Shown here: in pieces, positions 1-10,259 of the stretch
Position numbering within the stretch: position 1 is the stretch's first letter
Layout of the letters: each line of letters opens with the position of its first letter
Assembly: GCA_016929655.1 (NCBI GenBank)
Contig: JAFGIJ010000094.1
Location: 1-53,637 of the forward strand
Origin: Clostridia bacterium
Lineage (GTDB): Bacteria > Bacillota > Clostridia > DUPQ01
DNA length: 53,637 nt
Direction of reading: 5' to 3'
Notes under the pieces: generated by a model
What the model was told of the DNA's origin: nothing
Databases searched by the model: none
Seen by the model: only the letters and a program-made list of their open reading frames with translations
Program-made: the position numbers and the translations under genes

Positions 1-396
1 AGTGGTAAATATAGGGATATGGATTTGAATTGCTCAGAATCCATTTTAGTTGTATCAAACGATGCTTATGGACTTGGTATGACCCCTGAATCCATAAGAA
101 TGTCATCTGCATTCGGTGGCGGCATGTGCATTGAAGAAAAATGCGGTGCTGTAACAGGAGCCCTTATGATAATTGGCTATATGTTCGTTGAGAATTGTGC
201 TCATAAATCTGAAATTATGAAACCTGTTGTTCATAGCTTTCTTATGGATTTTGAGTTAGAACTGCAGTCCAGCATTTGTCTCCCTCTCAAGGCTATGTAC
301 AGAACCGAGGAATCAGGCTGTCAAAGCATCATCGAAAAATCACTGGAAATTTTGGAGAGAACAATAGAAAAGTACCTGGCTTTCAGGATCAGGTGA
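1..396 (+). CDS. C_GCAxxG_C_C family putative redox-active protein, 5' end probably beyond the window edge
   Basis: ORF track 19..396. The frame stays open back to nt 1. NCSESIL near the N-terminus and a CGAVTGA (C-GCAxxG-like) motif. The 3' end converges on nagA with an 8-nt overlap. Confidence 0.6.
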   Translation, partial: SGKYRDMDLNCSESILVVSNDAYGLGMTPESIRMSSAFGGGMCIEEKCGAVTGALMIIGYMFVENCAHKSEIMKPVVHSFLMDFELELQSSICLPLKAMYRTEESGCQSIIEKSLEILERTIEKYLAFRIR

Positions 397-1510
397 CTTT
401 GATTCCATTTTTAAAGACATCTCTAACTGTGAAATATTCATCCAGAAGCAGTATGTCTGCCATTCTTCCTGTCTTTATATATCCGGTTCGATCATCAATG
501 CTCATTGCTTTTGCAGGAGCTGAAGTAGCACTCATCAATGCATCCTCCGGTTTAATCCCGATTTTCACCAAATTTCTGACACCTTCTGCCATTGTAATTA
601 TGCTGCCGGCAAGATTACCGCTCCTTAGTCTTGCGCTTCCATTCATAACTTTAATATCCAATCCCGAAAAAATATAATTCCCCTCATCAAGACAGGTGGC
701 CGCTATTGAATCAGAAATACAAATTGTTTTGGATGCCCCCTTCAGTCTGAATATTAGTCTTACTATTTCAGGATGAAGATGAATCATATCAGGAATAATT
801 TCACATGCGGTGTTTTCATTCATCAGGGCTGCCACAGTTATTCCAGGTTCCCTATGATGTACAGGCGGCATGGCATTGAACATGTGGGTTGCAATTGAAT
901 CTGTTATTTCAAAGAACTCCATGGCTATATCATAACTGCAGCTTGTATGACCGAAAGAAACCACTATTCCTTTGGAAACAAGATATTTCGTCAGTTCAAA
1001 GTTCTCATCCCTTTCAGGGCTGAGAGTCACCCGGCCCACAAGATCACCATATTCACTGATAAAATTCGCATACTCTGCTTTATCCGGCCTCAATATGAAT
1101 TCAGGATTCTGGGCACCTTTTTTTTCTTCATTTATAAAAGGTCCTTCCAAGTGTATGCAAGGTATTTCATCACTGTGCCTTAGATAAACTGCAAATGTAT
1201 CAGAAGCTGTTTTACTGTCAATTGTGGGAAAAGTAGGTATAAAGCTGGTTGTTCCCCTTGAATGATAAGCTTCTGTCATTTTAAAATATTCTTCTTCACT
1301 TAAATTTGAGTTGTCAAAACCTGCTATACCATGGGTATGAATATCTACATAGCCGGGTACTGCAATCTTCCCCTGGCAATCTATTTCTTCACTGCAGAAA
1401 ATTTTATCACCTATTTCAATAATTTTGCCATTTTCAATCTTTATATCTTTGAAGCCTTCAAGAAATTCTTCGCCATTGTAAATCCTGCAGTTTTTCAATG
1501 CATAATTCAT
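389..1510 (-). CDS. nagA: N-acetylglucosamine-6-phosphate deacetylase
   Basis: 373 aa. Amidohydrolase signatures VPGYVDIHTHG and HLEGPF, with length typical of NagA. ATGA start/stop overlap with the upstream gene. Confidence 0.85.
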   Translation of the reverse strand: MNYALKNCRIYNGEEFLEGFKDIKIENGKIIEIGDKIFCSEEIDCQGKIAVPGYVDIHTHGIAGFDNSNLSEEEYFKMTEAYHSRGTTSFIPTFPTIDSKTASDTFAVYLRHSDEIPCIHLEGPFINEEKKGAQNPEFILRPDKAEYANFISEYGDLVGRVTLSPERDENFELTKYLVSKGIVVSFGHTSCSYDIAMEFFEITDSIATHMFNAMPPVHHREPGITVAALMNENTACEIIPDMIHLHPEIVRLIFRLKGASKTICISDSIAATCLDEGNYIFSGLDIKVMNGSARLRSGNLAGSIITMAEGVRNLVKIGIKPEDALMSATSAPAKAMSIDDRTGYIKTGRMADILLLDEYFTVRDVFKNGIKVT

Positions 1511-2361
1511 TTATCATCAGTCCCTTCATTTCGTTTTATAAAAGCGACTGCCCTCTCCCTTGTTTTCTCATCCTTTTCAATTGATTTTGTCAAAAATTCC
1601 GGATTCTTCATTACAAAGTGTCTCATGAATTCCGATGGACCTTTCATATACTCCCATACCATGTCAAACTGCTTTTTTGTAATCTGATTGTTTTCAAGGG
1701 CTTCTTCGAAGAGATGCTTTCCGAAAACAGTTCCTGTAATGACCTTGATTCCCTCTGAAGCAAGCAGTGTTGCCCCTCCTTGCTGCCTGTCCACTACAGT
1801 CAGTGTCCAGGGCATCTGTATGCCTGATTTTTTCAATGCAGGAAGCCAGAAATTGAAGTAACTTGAACCTTCTGTGATTAAATCTGAGATGTGAAGAGCT
1901 TTGCCCCCCTGTGTTTCAATCAGTCTTTCGGAGTTTCCATTATGCGAAACAATCATCACCATGTTCTTGTATATTGTAAGATGCTTTTTCTGAAGTAAAT
2001 ATGCAATTATATAAGAGAAAAACCAGTCTCTTCGCTCCCCACCGGAAATATAATCTATTTCTTCAACATCAATATTCTCTGCGATTTTTTTAACCAGAAA
2101 ATCAACGACCCCTCTGTAATTCTCATTGCTATTATAAAACTCAAGTAAAAACCTGGTCATCATAGCCGGAAAGTCATATTTGTCTTTCTTGTTGAAATCT
2201 ATGTATTCAAGGGCCTCAACCGCCATTTTTTCTCCACCGAAAAGATAATGGGTATTGATGTAAAATGGTCCGAACGTACCGGAAGTATACCAAAACGGAG
2301 TTTCTGTTCCGCTTATTTTCAGTGCTCCGGTCCTGAATAATTCTTTTTCAATTATGTTCAT
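1507..2361 (-). CDS. Phosphoribosyltransferase-like protein (orotate PRTase-related, atypical)
   Basis: 284 aa. PRPP-loop-like ALHISDLITEGSS and a GGERRDW segment. Extra C-terminal region of about 70 aa. The substrate cannot be assigned from sequence alone. Confidence 0.45.
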   Translation of the reverse strand: MNIIEKELFRTGALKISGTETPFWYTSGTFGPFYINTHYLFGGEKMAVEALEYIDFNKKDKYDFPAMMTRFLLEFYNSNENYRGVVDFLVKKIAENIDVEEIDYISGGERRDWFFSYIIAYLLQKKHLTIYKNMVMIVSHNGNSERLIETQGGKALHISDLITEGSSYFNFWLPALKKSGIQMPWTLTVVDRQQGGATLLASEGIKVITGTVFGKHLFEEALENNQITKKQFDMVWEYMKGPSEFMRHFVMKNPEFLTKSIEKDEKTRERAVAFIKRNEGTDDK

Positions 2362-2369
2362 AGTGTCTC

Positions 2370-4415
2370 CTACAGTGCTCCGAATTCGTTTAGTTTTTCT
2401 TCAATTTTGTTAATTATATTTTTATTTACAGGCTTATGCAAATTCTTTTTATCACCTAGCAATTCCAGTGCAGCTTTTTGTGCCTCTTTTAAAATATGCA
2501 TATCAGTATAGATATTCGCGATTTTAAAATCAGGCAGTCCATGCTGCCTTGTTCCGAAGAACTCACCGGGCCCCCTCAATTTTAAGTCCTCTTCTGAAAT
2601 TACAAAACCATCGGTTGTCTTTTCCATTATTTTCATTCTTTGTATAGCAATTGGATTAGAGCTTCTGTTTATGAGCACACAGAAAGACTGGTCACTTCCC
2701 CTCCCGACACGCCCTCGCAGCTGATGAAGCTGTGCAAGACCGAATCTTTCGGCATTTTCTATTATCATAAGGGTAGCATTGGGGACATTAACTCCAACCT
2801 CTATTACAGTTGTCGATACCAGTAGATCAATATCCCCATTGTGAAATGCTGACATAATTTTTCCCTTTTCAGAAGATTTCAAACGACCATGCATCACACC
2901 AACCCGATAATTTGTATATCGATTGCTTAGCTCACTGTAAATTTCATCAATAGATACTATTCCTTCGTCATCATCAGATTCTTCTATCCTGGGACATACA
3001 TAATAAACCTGTCCACCTTCTTTCATTCTTCTTTCAGCAAAATCAAGAACTCTTTTTCTTTTACCTTCATCTATCGAATAGGTCTCAATTCTTTTTCTGC
3101 CGGGAGGCATTTCATCAATCAAAGAAACATCAAGGTCTCCGTAAAGAATAAGAGCAAGTGTCCTTGGAATAGGTGTAGCAGTCAGGACCAGTGAATGGGG
3201 AGCATTTCCCTTATTTCCCAGAAGAGTCCGTTGCTCAACTCCAAAACGGTGCTGCTCATCAGTTATAACAAGGCCCAATGAAGCAAATTCAACATCTTTC
3301 TGTATAAGCGCATGAGTTCCTATTACAAGACCTGCTTCACCTGCAGATATTTCATCAAGTATTTGATTACGTTTACTGCCTTTTACACCACCGGTAAGCA
3401 GGATTGTCTTAATACCTAGCATGTCCATTACATTCTTTAGGTTTTCATAATGCTGTGCAGCAAGAATTTCAGTTGGAGCCATGAAGGCTGCCTGAAGTTT
3501 ATTGTTGCATATGTCTGCTATTACCGTTGCAGCAACTGCTGTTTTTCCAGATCCCACATCTCCCTGCACCAATCTGTTCATAGGTTTTCCCGAAGCAAAA
3601 TCTTTTCGTATTTCACCTATGACCCTTTTCTGGGCTCCGGTAAGTTCAAACCCAAGATTATTGATATATTTGTCACCTTTTGAATAATCCGTAATAGAGT
3701 CCTTGACCGGAGCCTTTTCATCCACTTTAAATCTGATCATCAATAAAGCAGCCTGCAAAAGAAAAAACTCCTGAAAGACAAGTCGTCTTCTTGCTTCTAT
3801 GAAATTTTCATTTGATTCCGGGAAATGGATATTTGATACTGCCTGCATGTAACCCATCAGATTGTTTTGCCTTATGATATCTTCCGAAAAGAAATCTTCC
3901 AGTTCACCACCTGCTGATTGCAGAGCTGCTTTAATTGATTTTCTCAACAGATTCTGGGAAAGAAATTTATTCTTTCGATAAACAGGCTCAATTACAGCAA
4001 AATCAGAATAATTCCTTGAAAATGCCGGGTTTGTCATTTCAGGTATAATCTTTTTATATACCTTCCCAAAAAAACAGAATTCATTTCCGGATTTGAAAGT
4101 TGACCTAAGATAATCCTGATTGAAGAAAACAATACTTATATATCCACTTTCATCCCTGGCAGTCATTTTCAAAATGCTGAGATTCTTCCTGATTCTTCTG
4201 AATTCCACTGTTTCGATGGATACTCTGACTGTAACACTTTCCCCTTCAAAGGTTTCATTGATCTTTTTGATATATGACCGGTCTTCGTATGCCCTTGGGA
4301 AATATTCAATCAAGTCATTGATGGTTTCAACGCCCAACCGCCCGAAAGCTTCAGCCCTGGCTGGGCCGACACCTTTTAAAAAACGTATTTCCTTTGAAAG
4401 TTCATCCGAATACAT
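2370..4415 (-). CDS. recG: ATP-dependent DNA helicase RecG
   Basis: Helicase motifs GDVGSGKT and [17 protein letters not shown], and an N-terminal wedge-type domain. The ORF-track start at 4448 is a TTG. The ATG at 4415 has GGAG 7 nt upstream. Confidence 0.9.
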   Translation of the reverse strand: MYSDELSKEIRFLKGVGPARAEAFGRLGVETINDLIEYFPRAYEDRSYIKKINETFEGESVTVRVSIETVEFRRIRKNLSILKMTARDESGYISIVFFNQDYLRSTFKSGNEFCFFGKVYKKIIPEMTNPAFSRNYSDFAVIEPVYRKNKFLSQNLLRKSIKAALQSAGGELEDFFSEDIIRQNNLMGYMQAVSNIHFPESNENFIEARRRLVFQEFFLLQAALLMIRFKVDEKAPVKDSITDYSKGDKYINNLGFELTGAQKRVIGEIRKDFASGKPMNRLVQGDVGSGKTAVAATVIADICNNKLQAAFMAPTEILAAQHYENLKNVMDMLGIKTILLTGGVKGSKRNQILDEISAGEAGLVIGTHALIQKDVEFASLGLVITDEQHRFGVEQRTLLGNKGNAPHSLVLTATPIPRTLALILYGDLDVSLIDEMPPGRKRIETYSIDEGKRKRVLDFAERRMKEGGQVYYVCPRIEESDDDEGIVSIDEIYSELSNRYTNYRVGVMHGRLKSSEKGKIMSAFHNGDIDLLVSTTVIEVGVNVPNATLMIIENAERFGLAQLHQLRGRVGRGSDQSFCVLINRSSNPIAIQRMKIMEKTTDGFVISEEDLKLRGPGEFFGTRQHGLPDFKIANIYTDMHILKEAQKAALELLGDKKNLHKPVNKNIINKIEEKLNEFGAL

Positions 4416-5148
4416 TGCATAGCTCCTGTTCAAGAATCCCCAGTGCAATACTGCTGTTGACTTCCATCACTCTGTCTGCTCTCCCATCATAGGGTGTTTG
4501 TCCAATATTTATTATATAAAAAAAGTTTCCTCTGTAATATTTCAATAAACCCGATGCAGGGTACACTGTCAGACTGCTTCCAATTGCAAAAAGAAAATCC
4601 GTATTCTCAATTGCGGTTACAGCACCCTTAATTGAAACATCATCCAGATTCTCACCATACAGTACTACATCAGGTCTAACAATGCCTCCGCAGACATCAC
4701 AGATTGGCACTTCTCCTGTGAAGTCCGGAATGTAGCTAAAATCAAACCTCCTTTTGCAGGCCATGCAATAATTATTCAAAATTGAACCATGCAGCTCAAT
4801 GACATTTACCGATCCCGCCTTTGAATGAAGACCGTCTATATTCTGGGTTACAACATGTGTATTCGCTATCAGTGATTCTATGCAGGCTATGGCTTTGTGT
4901 CCTTTATTAGGCAAAGCTCCTTCATTAAGGATTTTGTCTTTGTAAAATTTAAAGAATATCTCAGGCTTTTCCTGCAGGAAATCAATTCCAAGTATTTCTT
5001 CCGGTGCGTAACCTGAATAGTAACCTTCAGAATACAATCCTGACCCTGAGCGAAAATCCTTGATACCACTGTCAGTGGAAATGCCTGCTCCTGTAAAAAA
5101 AACAAACCTGGATTCTTTTGTAACCCTTTCACAAATCGCTTCAAACAT
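4402..5148 (-). CDS. cobB: NAD-dependent protein deacylase, SIR2 family
   Basis: 248 aa. [15 protein letters not shown] and QNIDGLH motifs. Zn ribbon CMAC...CDVC. Confidence 0.85.
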   Translation of the reverse strand: MFEAICERVTKESRFVFFTGAGISTDSGIKDFRSGSGLYSEGYYSGYAPEEILGIDFLQEKPEIFFKFYKDKILNEGALPNKGHKAIACIESLIANTHVVTQNIDGLHSKAGSVNVIELHGSILNNYCMACKRRFDFSYIPDFTGEVPICDVCGGIVRPDVVLYGENLDDVSIKGAVTAIENTDFLFAIGSSLTVYPASGLLKYYRGNFFYIINIGQTPYDGRADRVMEVNSSIALGILEQELCNVFG

Positions 5149-5596
5149 GTATTTTAAAAACTACCTTCTTAATTTTTTCGGGTTTATCACCAATTGATAT
5201 ACCAGGCATATGTGCATCCCAGGGAAAGAAAACACAAAACATTCCTTCTTTCATTTCAATGGCAGTTTCGGTGGATTTTTCAAGGAACAATACATCCTTT
5301 TCCTCATCATATGCAGTAATCACAGATAAATCTTCAACGTGCGAAGAATATATCAATTCACGGCCTTTGAGCAAAATCTGAATGTCGATGTACTTCCTGT
5401 GGGCTTCATTTTTCCCCTCAGTAAGTGTTTTTGTTTCATATTCAGCACATACAGAATAAATTTCCCTTCCATCCAACTCACTTTTGCCGTTTTCCATATC
5501 AGGATTCAATCCCATTGAGATGTAATCCAGTGCTTTATCCATAAGTTTGGAAAGACCCTTGTACTTTTCGATTTTCCCCAGGTTATCTATAATCAT
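5141..5596 (-). CDS. YhcH/YjgK/YiaL family (EbgC-like, DUF386) protein
   Basis: 151 aa. The N-terminus MIIDNLGKIEKYKGL and the cupin-like C-terminus FFPWDAHMPG are typical of the family. Confidence 0.7.
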   Translation of the reverse strand: MIIDNLGKIEKYKGLSKLMDKALDYISMGLNPDMENGKSELDGREIYSVCAEYETKTLTEGKNEAHRKYIDIQILLKGRELIYSSHVEDLSVITAYDEEKDVLFLEKSTETAIEMKEGMFCVFFPWDAHMPGISIGDKPEKIKKVVFKIHV

Positions 5597-5606
5597 AGTT
5601 TGCTCC

Positions 5607-6488
5607 TTATATTATTGAAATTGTATATTTCAATTTTTCATTTACACCGGCATCAAGAAATCTGACATCTTTCTTTTCATTCAGTTCTTTTCCAAGGTAA
5701 TTGCAATCCGGAAGAGATGTCCAGGGCTCTATGCAGATATAATTCCCTCTCATATACTTTGTCCATAAGCCAAGATATTTGAAATCATTGAACTCTACAA
5801 CTACCTTTCTGTTGTTCTTTGTATTACACAGACTTACAGTTCTATTAATAAATGTATCCATTATCAAGGCATCACCCTTGAAAACCTCAGGAGATAAATA
5901 TAATCTATTTCCTGCCAATTCCAATTTTTTCATGTCTTTCTCTATCATTACATTTTCATCGGTTGTATATGTCATAAGACTGTCCATACCATTGAACTCA
6001 ATGAAATAGTCCTCCATGATTTCACCTTTAAAAAATGCAAGATTATATCCTTCATGACCTCCGATTTCATAGTACATTCTACAGTTTCCTGTATTTTCAA
6101 TGCGGTGTTCCTTTATAATGGAACTTTCAGACAATGTATAGCTTATTGTCAGTCTGAATTCAAAGGGATACTCCAGTAATGTTTTTTCATCATGGGTTAT
6201 CTCAAGGGCAACCCTTTCATTGCTTTTTTCCACCACGGAGAACTCCTTGAAACGGGCAAACCCATGTATATCCATTTTGTACTTTCTTCCGTCGTGAACA
6301 TACTCTTCGTCCTTCAGCCTTCCGATAACCGGAAATAAAAGAGGAGCCTGTCTTTCCCATATCTCAGGGTTCAACTGCCATAAATACTCAACTCCATCTG
6401 TATCCCCGGATTTCCTGATGCTTTTTAATTCAGCACCAGTTGTGCTTATAACAACTTCCAGATGCTCATTCTTCAATTGCAAAATCAT
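5607..6488 (-). CDS. Aldose 1-epimerase family protein
   Basis: 293 aa. LLFPVIGRLKD, HGFAR and YEIGGHEGYN match mutarotase-like family signatures. AGGAGG lies 8 nt upstream of the ATG. Confidence 0.75.
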   Translation of the reverse strand: MILQLKNEHLEVVISTTGAELKSIRKSGDTDGVEYLWQLNPEIWERQAPLLFPVIGRLKDEEYVHDGRKYKMDIHGFARFKEFSVVEKSNERVALEITHDEKTLLEYPFEFRLTISYTLSESSIIKEHRIENTGNCRMYYEIGGHEGYNLAFFKGEIMEDYFIEFNGMDSLMTYTTDENVMIEKDMKKLELAGNRLYLSPEVFKGDALIMDTFINRTVSLCNTKNNRKVVVEFNDFKYLGLWTKYMRGNYICIEPWTSLPDCNYLGKELNEKKDVRFLDAGVNEKLKYTISII

Positions 6489-6567
6489 ATGTGCTGCACC
6501 TCCTGTAATGATTATAACAAATAAATCCTTTCCATCTGTATTTTACAATTAATTAACCTCATTAAAT

Positions 6568-6596
6568 TTGACATAGCAACCATATTTAATTAAAAT
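6568..6596 (+). promoter_or_regulatory. Sigma-A type promoter for the HPr-like gene
   Basis: TTGACA (6568..6573), 17-nt spacer, TAAAAT (6591..6596). GAGGAAG SD precedes the ATG at 6627. Confidence 0.5.
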
Positions 6597-6626
6597 CTAT
6601 CTAGACTAAGGAAATGAGGAAGAAAT

Positions 6627-6854
6627 ATGAAACACGAATTTGATATTAAATTCAATTCAATCAGTGAGGTAAAGGATTTTGTTGATATAGTTGCCGGCTT
6701 CAATTATGACATTGACCTGGTATCCGGAAGATATGTCATTGATGCAAAATCAATAATGGGTATATTCAGTCTTGACCTTAACAAACCCATAAAATTGGTA
6801 GCCTATTCAGAAAATGTAGATGCATTGAAAGAAGCTGTTTCCCAGTATTTTTAA
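6627..6854 (+). CDS. HPr-family (PTS phosphocarrier-like) small protein lacking the His15 site
   Basis: 75 aa. DAKSIMGIFSL matches the HPr Ser46 region (KSIMG). The GIHARPA-equivalent segment is FNSISEV. Confidence 0.6.
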   Translation: MKHEFDIKFNSISEVKDFVDIVAGFNYDIDLVSGRYVIDAKSIMGIFSLDLNKPIKLVAYSENVDALKEAVSQYF

Positions 6855-6888
6855 GCAACAGCATCAACCCATATTTGCCAATTCGTAC

Positions 6889-6915
6889 AAACCACCCCGG
6901 CTGAGGTGGTTTTTC
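6889..6915 (+). terminator. Intrinsic terminator of the HPr-like gene
   Basis: AAACCACC / GGTGGTTT stem with an 8-nt loop, followed by TTTTC. Confidence 0.6.
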
Positions 6916-6922
6916 AATAAAA

Positions 6923-6949
6923 AAACCCTTTTCAATTTGAAGAGGGTTT
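6923..6949 (-). terminator. Second (distal) intrinsic terminator after secG
   Basis: Minus strand: AAACCCTCTTC AAATT GAAAAGGGTTT (11 bp including one G-U), followed by TTTTTTTATTG. Confidence 0.6.
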
Positions 6950-6956
6950 ATAATTT

Positions 6957-6983
6957 AAAAAAGAGGCCGAAGCCTCTTTTTTT
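6957..6983 (-). terminator. Proximal secG terminator, sequence-symmetric (bidirectional)
   Basis: AAGAGGC CGAA GCCTCTT, a 7-bp stem with a tetraloop. It is flanked by an A-run on one side and a T-run on the other. Confidence 0.65.
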
Positions 6984-7224
6984 ATTTCAGCAATATGTAC
7001 AGCATGATCGAGGTTATCATAAACCCGACAGCAATATACGTTGTATACTTTGATAGCATTGCGTCAATTGTTCTTCCCTTGTTCTTACCAAAGAAGGTCT
7101 CGGCACCACCTGCTATACTTCCCGAAAGACCAGCGGCCTTGCCGGACTGAAGTAATACAACAATAACAATTGCAATTGCAAATATCACCTGAAGTATTCC
7201 TACTATTATAGCCAAAGCACTCAT
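6982..7224 (-). CDS. secG: Preprotein translocase subunit SecG
   Basis: 80 aa with two TM segments. LLQSGKAAGLSGSIAGG is the SecG signature. Confidence 0.85.
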   Translation of the reverse strand: MSALAIIVGILQVIFAIAIVIVVLLQSGKAAGLSGSIAGGAETFFGKNKGRTIDAMLSKYTTYIAVGFMITSIMLYILLK

Positions 7225-7290
7225 CCGCGCACCTCCATTTCACTTATAAAATCATGTCTATGCGATATATTTTCCACGCATGCGATAGCA

Positions 7291-7320
7291 ATTATAGCAT
7301 ACATGAATCACACATTGCAA
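7291..7320 (-). promoter_or_regulatory. Sigma-A type promoter for secG
   Basis: Minus strand: TTGCAA (7320..7315), 18-nt spacer, TATAAT (7296..7291). Confidence 0.5.
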
Positions 7321-7328
7321 TAATTAAA

Positions 7329-7356
7329 TCCTGATGCCCTGTTTCATGCAGCAGGA
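7329..7356 (-). terminator. Candidate terminator after eno
   Basis: Minus strand: TCCTGCTGC ...loop... GCATCAGGA (one mismatch), followed by TTTAATTATT. Confidence 0.45.
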
Positions 7357-7364
7357 TAATATAT

Positions 7365-8696
<1,332 letters not shown>

Positions 8697-8711
8697 TTAT
8701 TATTTAATATA

Positions 8712-10247
8712 TTACCCTCTGATAATCAGGCTTGTGCCCGTCATCTCCGTGGGTTTTTCCAAATTTAAAATATCAAGCATCGTAGGTGCAAGGTCTGCTA
8801 GAATACCTTCCCTGACCTTGACATCTCCAAGCCCAATTGCAATGATGGGAACAGGGTTGGTTGAATGTGCTGTTATTACTTTCCCATCCTTTGTCAGCAT
8901 TTCTTCTGCATTCCCATGATCAGCTGTGACAAGTGCTTTGCCACCGGTTTCAAGTAAAGCGTCTACCACCTTACCCAGACAGGCATCTACAGCCTCAACG
9001 GCTTTCACAGCGGCAGGAATCACTCCTGTATGTCCTACCATGTCACAATTTGCAAAATTCAGAATCATTACATCATATTTGCCTGATTTAATTCTTTTAA
9101 CTGCCTCGTCCGTTACTTCGTATGCACTCATCTCCGGTTGGAGGTCAAATGTTTCAATTTCCGGCGTCTTTATCAGAGCTCTGTCCTCATTCTTGAATAC
9201 ATTCTCCACACCACCATTGAAAAAGAAAGTTACATGGGCATACTTTGTGGTTTCGGCTATTCTTAGCTGCGTAAGCCCTTTCATGGAGATATATTCACCG
9301 AATGTATTGCTAAGGTCATCTGATTCATATGCAACTTCTACCTCATCGAATGTTTCATCATACTGGGACATACATACATAGTGTACCGGGAACCAGCCTT
9401 TTTTTCTGTTGAATTCACTAAAATCCTTTTTTATGAAAGCCCTTGTTATTTCCCTTGCCCTGTCAGGCCTGAAATTGAAGAAAATAATTGAATCATTTTT
9501 CTGTATTACTGTGGTGGGATTACCGTTTTCAAGTATTACACAGGGTTTTACAAATTCATCATAGACTTTTCGTCCATAAGATTCAAGGACTCCCTCTTCT
9601 GCTGAGTCTGCAGTGTTGCCTGTTCCCATTACCATGGCATTATATGCAAGCTCCACCCGTTCCCACATAGTGTCCCTGTCCATGGCATAAAATCTACCCA
9701 TTATAGTAGCGATTTTACCAACACCCTTTATTTTTATCTGTTCTTCCAGTTGTCTAATGTATTCGATGGAGCTGTCAGGTGGTACATCCCTGCCATCAAA
9801 GAAACAGTGGATGTAAACATCCTTCAGCCCTTGTGCCTTTGCTAGATCCAGCAGCGCATACAAGTGTGTGTTGTGACTGTGGACTCCTCCGTCAGACAAC
9901 AAGCCCATAAGATGCAGTGCTGAGTTGTTATTACGGCAGTTTTCAATGGCATTCAGGAACTCTTTCTTTTGAAAAAAATCTCCGTCCAGGATTGACTTGG
10001 TTATTTTTGTCAAATCCTGATAAACCACCCTGCCTGCACCAATGTTGGTGTGTCCTACTTCAGAATTTCCCATCTGCCCTTCAGGCAGTCCCACATCCAT
10101 GCCGGAAGCAGAAAGCCTTGAATTGGGATATACGCTGTAATACCTGTCAAGGTTTGGTGTATCAGCCATATATACTGCATTTCCAAGATGTTCTGGATTC
10201 AATCCATAACCATCAAGGATGATCAATGCCAGTGTTTTTTTATTCAT
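8712..10247 (-). CDS. gpmI: 2,3-bisphosphoglycerate-independent phosphoglycerate mutase
   Basis: 511 aa. LIILDGYG, GNSEVGHTNIGAGR and ADHGNAE motifs. Confidence 0.95.
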   Translation of the reverse strand: MNKKTLALIILDGYGLNPEHLGNAVYMADTPNLDRYYSVYPNSRLSASGMDVGLPEGQMGNSEVGHTNIGAGRVVYQDLTKITKSILDGDFFQKKEFLNAIENCRNNNSALHLMGLLSDGGVHSHNTHLYALLDLAKAQGLKDVYIHCFFDGRDVPPDSSIEYIRQLEEQIKIKGVGKIATIMGRFYAMDRDTMWERVELAYNAMVMGTGNTADSAEEGVLESYGRKVYDEFVKPCVILENGNPTTVIQKNDSIIFFNFRPDRAREITRAFIKKDFSEFNRKKGWFPVHYVCMSQYDETFDEVEVAYESDDLSNTFGEYISMKGLTQLRIAETTKYAHVTFFFNGGVENVFKNEDRALIKTPEIETFDLQPEMSAYEVTDEAVKRIKSGKYDVMILNFANCDMVGHTGVIPAAVKAVEAVDACLGKVVDALLETGGKALVTADHGNAEEMLTKDGKVITAHSTNPVPIIAIGLGDVKVREGILADLAPTMLDILNLEKPTEMTGTSLIIRG

Positions 10248-10259
10248 ATCTTTTCCCGT

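Noticed and set aside
4887-5144. 85-aa minus-strand ORF nested in an alternative frame of the SIR2 deacetylase gene.
   Set aside because: It is fully contained in a gene with clear family motifs, and it has no independent start signals.
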